Of a stretch of 36,353 nt of DNA, positions 24,120 through 33,420 are shown piece after piece (position 1 is the first letter of the stretch; every line of letters starts with the position of its first letter). Both the position numbers and the translations under genes were made by a program. The notes under the pieces were generated by a model. It saw only the letters and a list, made by a program, of their open reading frames with translations. It did no database searches and had not been told where the DNA came from. The stretch is from Spirochaetota bacterium (GTDB lineage Bacteria; Spirochaetota; Spirochaetia; DSM-27196; PWMO01): positions 1 through 36,353 of the forward strand of contig JAAAOH010000125.1 in the NCBI GenBank assembly GCA_009908925.1, read 5' to 3'.

Positions 24120-25785
24120 CGGAAGCACCTTTCCTTTTGATTGTCTCAGAACGACCGCCTGCTGTCAATCTGATCATTCCCCACCTGATAATTCCCGCCC
24201 CGAGTCCGAGAACTGAAAGAGCCACTGCACCCCAGGCTGCCCAGTCGCCCCATCGCGTGTAGAGCGTTGTACCTGCAGTGTAGACCGGAACATCGCGAAC
24301 CATATAGTCCTCGGTGAACGGCTCGAGCAAGCCCTGCATTCGGCCGTTCGGATCGATCACGGTGGTCATACCGCTGTTCGTGCTTCGGATCACCGAGCGC
24401 TGATTCTCGGTTGCGCGGAATACCGCCATCGCCATGTGCTGCATCTGCGCCGGCACGGAATAGGACCATCCGTCGTTGGTAAGGTTCACGATGACCTCGG
24501 CGCCGCGACGCACGAACTCGCGTGACAGATACCCGAATGTGTCCTCGAAGCAGATCGGCGTGGAAAACTTCACCCCGTCGCTCTCGAAAATGGTGTACTC
24601 CTGCCCCGCAGCCCAGAACGTCGTGTCGTTTTCCACGAGAAGGCGATGGAGCCTGGGAAACGAGCGCTGGTAGGGGAAGTGCTCGGTGAAGGGAACGAGG
24701 TGAAGCTTTCGGTACACGCGCCGGAACTCCCCGTTGTCATGGAGCAGAACCGCATTGTGGTCCACCCGCTCGAGCTCACCGTCGAGGTTCCGGCTGAGCA
24801 CCGCGTCGCTGTTCCCGATGACGAACGGGACCGCCTGCACGCCCAGATAGGCGCGAAGCTCATCGACGAGCTGGTACACCTCCGGATCCTGACGATAGCG
24901 CGTGTGGAAACCGATGGCCGGCACGAAGGACGTCTCCGACCACACCACCACGTCAGGGTCGTCCCCGAGCGCGGCGTTACTCTGTCGAATGAGAGCGGTG
25001 AGAGAATCCCGATAGGCCTCGAGGCCGCCACGCCAGGGGTCGATGTTCTGCTGCACCATCGCCACCCGCCAGCTCCGCGCATCCGAGTAATCGACGCGCG
25101 CGGCGAAGCCGTAGCCGAGGGCAATTGCAAACAGAGCTATGTAGGCGGCCGCGTCCATGCGGTGGGTGCGAACGAACTCACCGAATCGCCGTGGACCCTG
25201 TCTCATGCCGGCGGCAATGAAAGCGGAGGGGAACACGACCAGCAGTGAGACGCCCCAGACTCCGGTGAGCGCGGAAAGACGCACAAGCGGGCTGAAGAGA
25301 TACTGGCTGTAGCCGACAATTCCGTAGGCATAGCCGAGGAAGCCCTGAAGCCTGAGGTATTCATACGCGATCCAGATCGCTATCTGCAGCAGATAGCCGT
25401 AGCGCGGGAACAGCCTGTCGGCCAGCTTCAACAGTGGGAATAGCAGCAGGAAGTAGACTGCGTAGATCACGGGGACAATGAAGATTGCCAGCGGATGAAA
25501 GTTGAGCAGCCAGTAGTTGAGCAGCGAGTAGGTTACAAACCCGTACAGCGCCCCGTACAGCCACACCGTCGACCACCGACTCCGTCGGACGACCATGAAC
25601 AGTGGAACGAGAGCAATGTACGCAAGGGGGAACCATCCCCAGTCCGATACGAGACTCGGGAAGGCGAACGAGAAGAGAGCGGCCGACGCGACGATCAGGG
25701 CGAGGTCCGTGAGCAGCTCGGCACTGCGTGTCGAAATTGTACTCTGCAGACTGCCGCGCGAAGCCGCTAGCTCCTTAGCGACCAT
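24109..25785 (-). CDS. lnt: Apolipoprotein N-acyltransferase (paralogue 2)
   Basis: Multi-TM N-terminus; QQN, WSET, YRKLHLVP, PICFED, NLTNDGW, RATEN, RSTNSG. Confidence 0.93.
   Translation of the reverse strand: MVAKELAASRGSLQSTISTRSAELLTDLALIVASAALFSFAFPSLVSDWGWFPLAYIALVPLFMVVRRSRWSTVWLYGALYGFVTYSLLNYWLLNFHPLAIFIVPVIYAVYFLLLFPLLKLADRLFPRYGYLLQIAIWIAYEYLRLQGFLGYAYGIVGYSQYLFSPLVRLSALTGVWGVSLLVVFPSAFIAAGMRQGPRRFGEFVRTHRMDAAAYIALFAIALGYGFAARVDYSDARSWRVAMVQQNIDPWRGGLEAYRDSLTALIRQSNAALGDDPDVVVWSETSFVPAIGFHTRYRQDPEVYQLVDELRAYLGVQAVPFVIGNSDAVLSRNLDGELERVDHNAVLLHDNGEFRRVYRKLHLVPFTEHFPYQRSFPRLHRLLVENDTTFWAAGQEYTIFESDGVKFSTPICFEDTFGYLSREFVRRGAEVIVNLTNDGWSYSVPAQMQHMAMAVFRATENQRSVIRSTNSGMTTVIDPNGRMQGLLEPFTEDYMVRDVPVYTAGTTLYTRWGDWAAWGAVALSVLGLGAGIIRWGMIRLTAGGRSETIKRKGASDGR
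24140..24168 (-). promoter_or_regulatory. Internal promoter in the lnt 3' end driving REC-miniTPR-bactofilin-cinA
   Basis: TTGACA-17 nt-GACAAT with an extended -10 TG. Confidence 0.65.
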
Positions 25786-26069
25786 GAAGCGTCTTTGAGC
25801 TCTTTCCCGGGTCGAAAGACGACGACCCCATGATTCTGAACACTGACGGTTTCGCCGGTCTTCGGATTGCGCGCCCGCTCACGACCCTTTCGGGTGCGGA
25901 TCTCGAATGTGCCGAACCCGCGAAACTCAACGACACGGTCCTCGAGCAACGCGCCTTTCACCTGAGAAAAGAAGGAGTCGATGATACGCTGTATCTCCTT
26001 CTTGCTGACGTCGCTCGTTTCGGCGATATTATCGACAATTTCAGCTTTGGTAAGCTTGTCCTTTGCCAC
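25767..26069 (-). CDS. hup: HU/IHF family DNA-binding protein (Hbb-like)
   Basis: LTKAEI, RGFGTF, ARNPKTGE, FRPGKELK. Confidence 0.93.
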   Translation of the reverse strand: MAKDKLTKAEIVDNIAETSDVSKKEIQRIIDSFFSQVKGALLEDRVVEFRGFGTFEIRTRKGRERARNPKTGETVSVQNHGVVVFRPGKELKDASWSLRS

Positions 26070-26118
26070 GTGCGCTCCTAACGCGGAAGATGGCAGCTCG
26101 ACGCAAGAGGAAGCTCAC

Positions 26119-26379
26119 CTAGAGGGCGTTGAGCTTTTTCCGAAGACGAGATTTTGTGCGAGCTGCGGTGTTCTTGTGATATACGCCTTTGCCGGACGCC
26201 GTATCGATGAGCTTGGTCACCGACTGCAGGCGAGTTTCCGCCGCGGACTTGTCTTTACCGTCGACCGCTTCGAGAAAACTGCGGATTTCCGAACGTACTT
26301 TGCTGCGCATCACGCGGTTACGCATGCGGCGTTTCTGGCTCTGCCGATAGCGCTTGGCTGCAGATCCCTTTAATACCAA
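26119..26379 (-). CDS. rpsT: 30S ribosomal protein S20
   Basis: SAAKRYRQS..RRMRN, KGVYHKNTAARTKSRL. TTG start with an AAGGAG RBS. Confidence 0.96.
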   Translation of the reverse strand: MVLKGSAAKRYRQSQKRRMRNRVMRSKVRSEIRSFLEAVDGKDKSAAETRLQSVTKLIDTASGKGVYHKNTAARTKSRLRKKLNAL

Positions 26380-26417
26380 GACTTACTCCTTCAATTCTTG
26401 TCCTTCAATGAGGCTGT

Positions 26418-26446
26418 AACGTATCAAATCCCGCACCTCCTGTCAA
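26418..26446 (-). promoter_or_regulatory. Sigma70 promoter of the rpsT-hup-lnt operon
   Basis: TTGACA-17 nt-TACGTT with an extended -10 TG. Confidence 0.8.
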
Positions 26447-26500
26447 GCAAAGGCCCGGCCCTTTCTTTTCCCCCGGTATCATTGTACTTTTACGTCATCT

Positions 26501-28264
26501 ATGTTGGGCGAGTATCGTACCCTCCTGCCCTTCGTCAGAAAATACCGATGGTACTACATTTTCGGGGTTTTGACGCTGGTTGTAACGAGCGGGGGGCAGC
26601 TTTTCATCCCGCAATTGATCCGCCGGGCAATAGACACAATGACTGTCACCGGCTTTTCTCTCTCGACGGTAGGGCGCTACATGGTGATGCTCGTCGCCCT
26701 CGCGGCGGTTATCGCGGCCGCCCGCTTCGGGTGGCGGTACTTCCTGCACGGTGCCTCGCGCCGGATCGAGGCCGAGCTGCGCGAGCAGCTGTTCGGCAAT
26801 CTGCTGAACCTCTCGTCCAGCTACTATCGCGAGACCACCACCGGCGACCTCATGGCCCGCGCCACCAACGATCTCAAGAACGTTCGCATGGCCGCGGGGA
26901 TGGGCCTCGTGGCCTTTGTAGACGGGGTCTTCATGACCCTGGCAATCCTCATCATCCTCTTTTCGCGCCACCCCCGCCTGACACTCATTGTCGTGCTTCC
27001 CCTGCCCTTCGTCACCGTCGCCATACTGTTTGCAGGACGCCTGATGTCGAGGCTGTTCCGACGGGTGCAGGAGAGCTTTGCCGAGCTCAGCTCCGACGTG
27101 CAGGAGTCGGTCACCGGCGTGCGGGTCATCAAGACCTTCGGAAAGGAAGGCTACTTCAATCGCCGCTTCGCGGACTCCAACGATGAATACCAGCGCCGGA
27201 ACCTCGCCTACGTGCGGGTGCAGGGAATGTTCTTCCCTGCGGTCACCTTTCTCTCGGGACTGACCTCCCTTCTTCTGCTGCGCTTCGGCGGGGCGGCGGT
27301 CGTGCTCGGCACCGTAACGCCGGGTGAGTTCGTGGCCACCCTCACCTACCTCGAAATGCTCGTCTGGCCGATGATGGGCGCGGGCTTTCTCGTGAACCTC
27401 ATCGCACGAGGCGGGGCGTCGCTCAAACGCCTCAACGCCGTAATCGACCGCGAGCCGGATATCCGCAGCCCCGAGCGGCCGGTGACCACGGTCGATTCCA
27501 GCAGCGTCAGCGTACGGGGGCTAAGTTACCGCTACACCGAGGACGGCGATGAGGCGCTCTCCGACATCGACCTCGAGGTACCTGCCGGGCAGACCGTCGG
27601 AATCCTCGGGCGCACCGGCGCGGGAAAGTCCACCCTCGTGTCCCTGTTTCCGCGCATACTCGACCCGCCGCCGGGCACTGTGTTCGTGGGATCGCACGAT
27701 GTACGGAACTATGACCTGCAGGCGCTTAGAAGCGCCTTCGCGGTGGTCCCCCAGGACACCTTCCTCTTCTCGGCAACGATTTCGGAAAACATACGGTTCG
27801 CCGCCGAGGCCGCCGGAGACGAGCTGGTATCACGCGCGGCGGATATCTCGACGATAAGCCGCGATCTCGCGGATTTCCCCGATGGGTGGGAGACCCTGGT
27901 CGGCGAGCGCGGGGTCACCCTTTCCGGGGGGCAGAAGCAGCGCGTTGCCATCTCCAGGGCGCTTGCGGCACAACGGCCCATCCTGGTGCTCGATGACGCC
28001 CTCTCGGCGGTGGACACCGAGAGCGAGGAGAAGATCCTCTCGCGGCTTATGTCAGAACGGCATGGAATGACCAACATCATCATCGCGCATCGTGTGTCGG
28101 CGCTGTCGCGCAGCGACTACATATACGTGCTCGACGAGGGCCGTATCATTCAGCGCGGTACACACGATGAGCTGATTTCGGCGGCGGGCATGTACCGCGA
28201 CATCCACGAGCTGCAGCAGGCCGAATCGCGCGAGGAAACGCATCCGGGAGGCCCGCGTGGATGA
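26501..28264 (+). CDS. Heterodimeric ABC exporter, subunit 1 (TMD-NBD; YheI/MdlA-like)
   Basis: Six-TM domain; GRTGAGKS, LSGGQKQR, non-canonical Walker B LVLDD, IAHR. Confidence 0.93.
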   Translation: MLGEYRTLLPFVRKYRWYYIFGVLTLVVTSGGQLFIPQLIRRAIDTMTVTGFSLSTVGRYMVMLVALAAVIAAARFGWRYFLHGASRRIEAELREQLFGNLLNLSSSYYRETTTGDLMARATNDLKNVRMAAGMGLVAFVDGVFMTLAILIILFSRHPRLTLIVVLPLPFVTVAILFAGRLMSRLFRRVQESFAELSSDVQESVTGVRVIKTFGKEGYFNRRFADSNDEYQRRNLAYVRVQGMFFPAVTFLSGLTSLLLLRFGGAAVVLGTVTPGEFVATLTYLEMLVWPMMGAGFLVNLIARGGASLKRLNAVIDREPDIRSPERPVTTVDSSSVSVRGLSYRYTEDGDEALSDIDLEVPAGQTVGILGRTGAGKSTLVSLFPRILDPPPGTVFVGSHDVRNYDLQALRSAFAVVPQDTFLFSATISENIRFAAEAAGDELVSRAADISTISRDLADFPDGWETLVGERGVTLSGGQKQRVAISRALAAQRPILVLDDALSAVDTESEEKILSRLMSERHGMTNIIIAHRVSALSRSDYIYVLDEGRIIQRGTHDELISAAGMYRDIHELQQAESREETHPGGPRG

Positions 28265-30338
28265 GGAAAAGGTAATCACCGGATACGATCCCGACGTCGT
28301 TCGCCGGCTCTTCGCCTTTGTGCGACCTCATCTGCGTGTACTCATCACCGCCGTCGTGGCGCTCGCGGTGGCGACCGCCGCGGAGCTCGCGTTGCCGGTG
28401 GTTATTCAGCGGGCCGTCGACCAGGACCTCCTTGCCGACTACCTCCGCGGTGATGCCGAAGATATGCAGAGCGTTGCCTCGGGACACGCCGGCATTGATC
28501 CCATCGTCATAGGCGAGACAGCCTACGTTCTCGAGAGCTCCCTCACCGCCCTCGCCGGCGTGAATAAACGCGGTCTGCAGGAGCGCGGCATGCTCTCCGA
28601 GCGCTCTCATTACGTGTTTCGCCTCGAAAATGCCCGCGACCGCGCCGTTGTTGCCGCCTATCCGGATATCTTCACCGTCGGCGGCGAAGATGCGATCTAT
28701 GCCGCCGCGCCGACTGCGGACCTCTCCATTCTGACCGAGGAGGAGCTACGCAGCATCCGGTCCGCGGACCTCCGGGCGGTATCGAGGAAGAGCGTGCTCT
28801 TTCTCGGTCTGCTGGTCACGGTATTCGTGTTCACCTTCGCGCAGGTCTATCTCATGGCGGCGACCGGACAGCGCGTAATGAAGGACCTTCGCACGCAGCT
28901 CTACGACCACGTCATCCGCCAGCGCCTGGCCTTCCTCCATCGAAACCCCGTCGGCCGTCTCGTCACGCGTATCACCAACGATGTGGAGACGATAAACGAG
29001 CTCTTCACGAACGTCCTCGCGAATCTGCTGAAGAATGTTTCCATTATGGTCGGCGTGGTGATTACCGTGTTCCTGCTCAGCCGCCGCCTCGGTCTCATCG
29101 TCATCTCCACCCTGCCCCCGGTGCTGGTGGTCACCTGGTTCTTTCGCACCTACGCGCGAAATGCATTTCGAAACGTTCGCCTCTGGGTCTCCCGCGTAAA
29201 CGCCTTCCTCTCCGAGCACATCTCGGGAATGACCGTCGTTCAACTCTTCACCCAGGAAGGCCGGGTGGGAAAGAAGTTCCGGGATCGAAACGAGTCACTT
29301 CTCGGCGCGAGTCTGGGGGAGATGTATGTCTTCGCGACCTTCCGACCCATCATCGACCTGCTCTCCTCCGCCTCGGTGGCGGTGGTGATCTATCTCGGGG
29401 CGGCCTCGGTGCTCGAGGGAGTCGTTACCCTCGGGATGCTCATCGCGGGGATCGAGCTCATCCGGCGGTTCTACCGCCAGCTCATGTCCATATCCGAGCA
29501 GTTCGTCGTGTTACAGAGCGCACTGGCCGGCGGAGAGCGCATCCTCGAGCTTCTCTCCGACAAGCAGCGCATCCCCGACGAGGGAACCACCCCGCCGCCC
29601 GCGCCGGTCGCGGGAGAAATCGTCTTCGATGACGTGACCTTCTCCTACCGCCCCGGTGAGCCGGTACTACGAAACCTCAGTTTCCGGATTCCGCCGGGCA
29701 ACAGCGTGGCCATTGTCGGCTATACGGGAGCGGGAAAAACCACTATTGCCAACCTCCTTTCGCGGCTCTGGGATATTGAAAGCGGTCGGATTCTCATAGA
29801 CGGAGTCGACATCCGCGACATGCCCATTGACGAGCTTCGAGGACTCGTGCAGCCCATCGATCAGGACGTATTCATCTTTCGGGACACTATCCGGGAGAAC
29901 ATTGCGCTGGGAGAAAACTTCCAGGACGGGCGCCTGGAACGGGCCGCAGAGGCGGTCCAGGCCGATGCCTTCGTGCAGCGGCTGCCCGAAGGCTACAACA
30001 CGCGGCTCGACGAGCGGGGGGCAAACCTCTCAGTCGGCCAGCGTCAGCTCGTGTCCTTCGCGCGGGTGGTCGCCCACGACCCGGCCATCATCATCCTCGA
30101 TGAGGCAACGTCGAGCGTGGATACCGAAACGGAGCGCCTCATCCAGCACGGCATGCAGGCACTTCTCCGGGACCGCACCTCCCTCGTCATCGCCCATCGA
30201 CTGTCCACCATCAAGAATGCCGACCGGATTCTGGTTCTCTCACACGGGGAGATCGTCGAACAGGGAACGCATGAGGAGCTACTCGACGAGGACGGGGTCT
30301 ACGCTCATCTCTACCGTCTGCAGTACAGCGGCGGTTGA
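28257..30338 (+). CDS. Heterodimeric ABC exporter, subunit 2 (TMD-NBD; YheH/MdlB-like) with an enlarged extracytoplasmic loop
   Basis: GYTGAGKT, LSVGQRQ, IILDEATS, IAHR; overlaps the subunit 1 stop. Confidence 0.93.
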   Translation: MDEEKVITGYDPDVVRRLFAFVRPHLRVLITAVVALAVATAAELALPVVIQRAVDQDLLADYLRGDAEDMQSVASGHAGIDPIVIGETAYVLESSLTALAGVNKRGLQERGMLSERSHYVFRLENARDRAVVAAYPDIFTVGGEDAIYAAAPTADLSILTEEELRSIRSADLRAVSRKSVLFLGLLVTVFVFTFAQVYLMAATGQRVMKDLRTQLYDHVIRQRLAFLHRNPVGRLVTRITNDVETINELFTNVLANLLKNVSIMVGVVITVFLLSRRLGLIVISTLPPVLVVTWFFRTYARNAFRNVRLWVSRVNAFLSEHISGMTVVQLFTQEGRVGKKFRDRNESLLGASLGEMYVFATFRPIIDLLSSASVAVVIYLGAASVLEGVVTLGMLIAGIELIRRFYRQLMSISEQFVVLQSALAGGERILELLSDKQRIPDEGTTPPPAPVAGEIVFDDVTFSYRPGEPVLRNLSFRIPPGNSVAIVGYTGAGKTTIANLLSRLWDIESGRILIDGVDIRDMPIDELRGLVQPIDQDVFIFRDTIRENIALGENFQDGRLERAAEAVQADAFVQRLPEGYNTRLDERGANLSVGQRQLVSFARVVAHDPAIIILDEATSSVDTETERLIQHGMQALLRDRTSLVIAHRLSTIKNADRILVLSHGEIVEQGTHEELLDEDGVYAHLYRLQYSGG

Positions 30339-30386
30339 GTACGGGAGAAGTCGACCCAGGCCCCCGGGAAGGGACCGGACGCGCCC

Positions 30387-31322
30387 CTATTCGACGGGTA
30401 TGCTCTCGCCGCTGATGCTCCAGCGACGTCCGTCGCGATCGTAGGAAAGCTGCTCGCCGGATATGGTGATGTAGCGCCCCTCATCCCGCGAGAACAGGCG
30501 CACTCGATTGGAGATTACGTTCACATCGCAGACCTGAAAGTTGCTTCCATCGTAGGTTATGCGTGCTCCGTCATTCGGCAGCTTCTGCTTCTGCTCGGTG
30601 TAATGATCGTACTCATAGGCGAGGCAGCACAGAAGTCGGCCGCAGGGACCGGATATCTTCATCGAGTTGAGAGAGAGGTTCTGCACCTTCGCCATCTTGA
30701 TCGAGACAGGCCGCAACTTATCGGTCAGTCCGTGGCAGCACAGGACGCGTCCACACACCCCGGTGCCGCCGAGCACGCGGGAATCATCGCGCACCCCGAT
30801 CTGGCGCAGCTCTATTCGCATCCGGAACTCCGACACAAGATCCTTGACGAGGTCTCGAAAATCCACGCGTGACTCCGCGGTGAAGAAGAACAGGATCTTC
30901 GGTTCGTCGAGGACATAGTGGGAGCTGACAAGCTTCATGGCCAGACCGTGGCTGTCGATCTTCTGCCGGCATACCTCGAATGCCTCTTCCTCCCGGCGCA
31001 GGTTGTCCTCGAACCGGGCAACATCGGCGTCGACCGCGACCCGCAGGATTTCCCGCTCCTGATCCCACGAAGCGGAGTTCTCCTCCTGCACCGGTCCGAG
31101 AACACGGGCGATGTCGCCGCCGTAGCGGGTGTTCACGACCAACAGGTCGCCACAGTTCACCTCGGCGACGTCGCTGTCTTCACCCAGCCGGCAGAGCTCG
31201 GTCTCGCTGGAGTGCAGAACCTTCACGACGAACGGAGTATCTTTACCTATCACATCGCAGAGCCCGCAGGATGCGTGGGTTGATGGTGAGGCGTTGAGTA
31301 CGCCATGCAGACTATCGGCCAT
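30387..31322 (-). CDS. PSP1/RicT (YaaT) family Fe-S protein
   Basis: FFFTAESRVDFRDLVKDL, RIELRQIGVRD, GVCGRVLCC, KISGPCGRLLCCLAYE. Confidence 0.92.
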   Translation of the reverse strand: MADSLHGVLNASPSTHASCGLCDVIGKDTPFVVKVLHSSETELCRLGEDSDVAEVNCGDLLVVNTRYGGDIARVLGPVQEENSASWDQEREILRVAVDADVARFEDNLRREEEAFEVCRQKIDSHGLAMKLVSSHYVLDEPKILFFFTAESRVDFRDLVKDLVSEFRMRIELRQIGVRDDSRVLGGTGVCGRVLCCHGLTDKLRPVSIKMAKVQNLSLNSMKISGPCGRLLCCLAYEYDHYTEQKQKLPNDGARITYDGSNFQVCDVNVISNRVRLFSRDEGRYITISGEQLSYDRDGRRWSISGESIPVE

Positions 31323-31336
31323 GGGTGTCCTTTCCT

Positions 31337-31828
31337 TCAGTGCGAGAGATCGACGAGCAGCCCGTGGATCTCTTCGACTCGGCTCATCAGCTCCATTTGC
31401 GAGCCCTGGCTCTGCAGCATTCCCTGCACGAGCCGATCAAGTTTCTGATCGATCACCTGGACGATGGAGAAGCGCTTTCGGTTCAGGACGTTGCCGCCTG
31501 ACGTGTGCTCTTCGACGTTGAGGGTTCGTGACACGGTCCGGCGCACGAATGATTTCACCGCCTCGCGATAGTTCTGGACCGCGGTGAACGTACCCTTCTG
31601 CAACAGCTCGTCACCGAGCTCGTGAATGGAGTCCAGGAGCTGCTCTATCTCTTCCGAGCTTACATCGTCACGAGAGTTCGGGTCAAAGGCCGGTTCTTCG
31701 ACTTCCCGCTGAAAGATGGATCCGAAGTCGGGCGCTTTCGGTGCCTCGCCACCGCGTGCCCGTTCGCGTCGAGCGTTTCGACGAAACGAGAAGAAGCCGT
31801 CGTTTTCGATGCGTTCCATTGCCGCCAT
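31337..31828 (-). CDS. YaaR (DUF327) family protein
   Basis: LLDSIHELGDELL...YREAVKSFV...IDQKL...EEIHGLLVDL pattern; upstream of PSP1 as in yaaR-yaaT loci. Confidence 0.85.
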   Translation of the reverse strand: MAAMERIENDGFFSFRRNARRERARGGEAPKAPDFGSIFQREVEEPAFDPNSRDDVSSEEIEQLLDSIHELGDELLQKGTFTAVQNYREAVKSFVRRTVSRTLNVEEHTSGGNVLNRKRFSIVQVIDQKLDRLVQGMLQSQGSQMELMSRVEEIHGLLVDLSH

Positions 31829-31833
31829 ATGGG

Positions 31834-32298
31834 CTACCTGCTCGGAAGCCGGGATACTGAGGACCGCGCAGCCTGATCCACAGACCGGCCCGCGTATCGC
31901 CCGGCCCCGGGGATCGCGAAATTGCTGATCGGGGAGGGCTCAGGCCGCGAAACCTCACCCTCTCCACGTATCGCGAGAGTCCCGTCGATCACGACGCCCT
32001 CCTCGACAATCAGGCGGGGAGCGTAGATGTCGCCGACCACCATGGCGGAGGAAAGGATGATAACCTTTTCGCTGGAGGAGATGGTTCCCCTCACGATCCC
32101 GCCGACGACAACCGTACCGGCGTCGATGTTACAGTCGGCTCGACCGTCCTTGCCGACGAGCACCTTCCCTTTTGTCTTGATGGATCCGGAGAAATCGCCG
32201 TCGATGCGCAGCAGCCCGGCAAGCTCGAGGTGGCCGCGAAAGTGGGTACCTTCGCCGACGATTGAGTTAATGAACGAATCTTCGGAGTTGTACCCCAT
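31834..32298 (-). CDS. Bactofilin (second copy)
   Basis: SIVGEGTHFRG...LRIDGDFSG...VVGGIVRG...VVGDI...VEEGVVIDG. Confidence 0.92.
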   Translation of the reverse strand: MGYNSEDSFINSIVGEGTHFRGHLELAGLLRIDGDFSGSIKTKGKVLVGKDGRADCNIDAGTVVVGGIVRGTISSSEKVIILSSAMVVGDIYAPRLIVEEGVVIDGTLAIRGEGEVSRPEPSPISNFAIPGAGRYAGRSVDQAARSSVSRLPSR

Positions 32299-32314
32299 GT
32301 AAAGATCTTACCTG

Positions 32315-33361
32315 TCAGCGTATCCGGTTTCCGGACCACCGTTTGAAATCATTTGAAATCTTGAGGAACGCGGATGGATCGACCACGTCGGTGCCAAGCC
32401 AGATCTGAAAGTCCAGGTGAGGACCCGTCGAAAGACCGGTATTGCCGAGACGACCGATGCGCTGGCCCTGGAACACCTCATCCCCTTCGGAAACGTCCAC
32501 TGTCTGGAGGTGGGAATAGCGCGTGCGGAACCCGTACTTGTGCCGCACCCACATGTACAATCCGTAGCCCGGGTCTACACCGAGCTCCACAACCTTGCCG
32601 TTTGCCGTGGCAACCACCGGGATACCGGGCGAGCCGGCGATGTCGAATCCCTTGTGGAGGTACCACTGGTGCGTTACCGGGTGGATGTTCGGTCCGAACT
32701 CCATGGTCACGCGGCCCAGGCCGGAGGCAAGCGGCCACCTGTTCGGTATATCCGAGAGTAACTGCTTCTGCGCTTCGAGTACCTGTTGGATGTCCTGCAG
32801 GGGGCGGACAGACGCCTCGAGCATGCTGGCGAGGTTCTCAAGCTCCTGGATTTCCTCGATCTCGCCGGGAGCCACCTCGCGAACATTCAGGAATGCCGAG
32901 AGATCCCCACCGGAGTCCTCTTCGGACGAAAGTTGATCCTCTGAGGCGAGGTCCAGCCCTTCGAGCGTCTGAGAAAGTGACTGGCTGAAGACTTCGGCGA
33001 CCTTCGAGACCTCCGCTACTTCATCGCGGACGGCTTCAAGGCTCGCCTCGGTTGTGCTGAGGGCCTCCGACTTCTGGGTGATGAGGCGTGAGGAGCCCGA
33101 GAAAACGGTGGAGAGGTAGAAAAAGCCACCGATCAGCCCCACGATAACGAGACCAATGAATGCGATGGCGAAGGTGTTGATCTGGAAGTTGACGACGCGC
33201 TTTTCGGAGTGGGGAATGAACATGACTGTGAATCGCTGCTTGCCGAGCTTCACAAAGCCCGTTACGACCTTCGTCACACCGGCGGCCGCACGCTGCACGA
33301 TTCTCAATACCGGAGAATGACCGGCAGTTCTGTCATGAGTAGTATCCGAATTCGCTGGCAA
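32315..33361 (-). CDS. Membrane-anchored M23 family peptidase (TM - coiled coil - M23)
   Basis: FTVMFIPHS N-terminal motif, one TM helix, coiled coil, HKGFD, YSHL, STGPHLD. Start set at TTG 33361 (GAGGAG RBS) because the ORF-track start 33430 lies inside the promoter. Confidence 0.88.
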   Translation of the reverse strand: MPANSDTTHDRTAGHSPVLRIVQRAAAGVTKVVTGFVKLGKQRFTVMFIPHSEKRVVNFQINTFAIAFIGLVIVGLIGGFFYLSTVFSGSSRLITQKSEALSTTEASLEAVRDEVAEVSKVAEVFSQSLSQTLEGLDLASEDQLSSEEDSGGDLSAFLNVREVAPGEIEEIQELENLASMLEASVRPLQDIQQVLEAQKQLLSDIPNRWPLASGLGRVTMEFGPNIHPVTHQWYLHKGFDIAGSPGIPVVATANGKVVELGVDPGYGLYMWVRHKYGFRTRYSHLQTVDVSEGDEVFQGQRIGRLGNTGLSTGPHLDFQIWLGTDVVDPSAFLKISNDFKRWSGNRIR

Positions 33362-33420
33362 GGTCCTCTCCTCTTCCCACATTATCGGCACGAGTTGGCC
33401 GCAATTCTCCTCTTTAAGCG

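Noticed and set aside
30339-30386. SRP-RNA-like CAGG...GGAAGG segment between the ABC and PSP1 genes
   Set aside because: Only 48 nt between convergent stops, and it lacks the AGCAG half of the conserved helix-8 loop.
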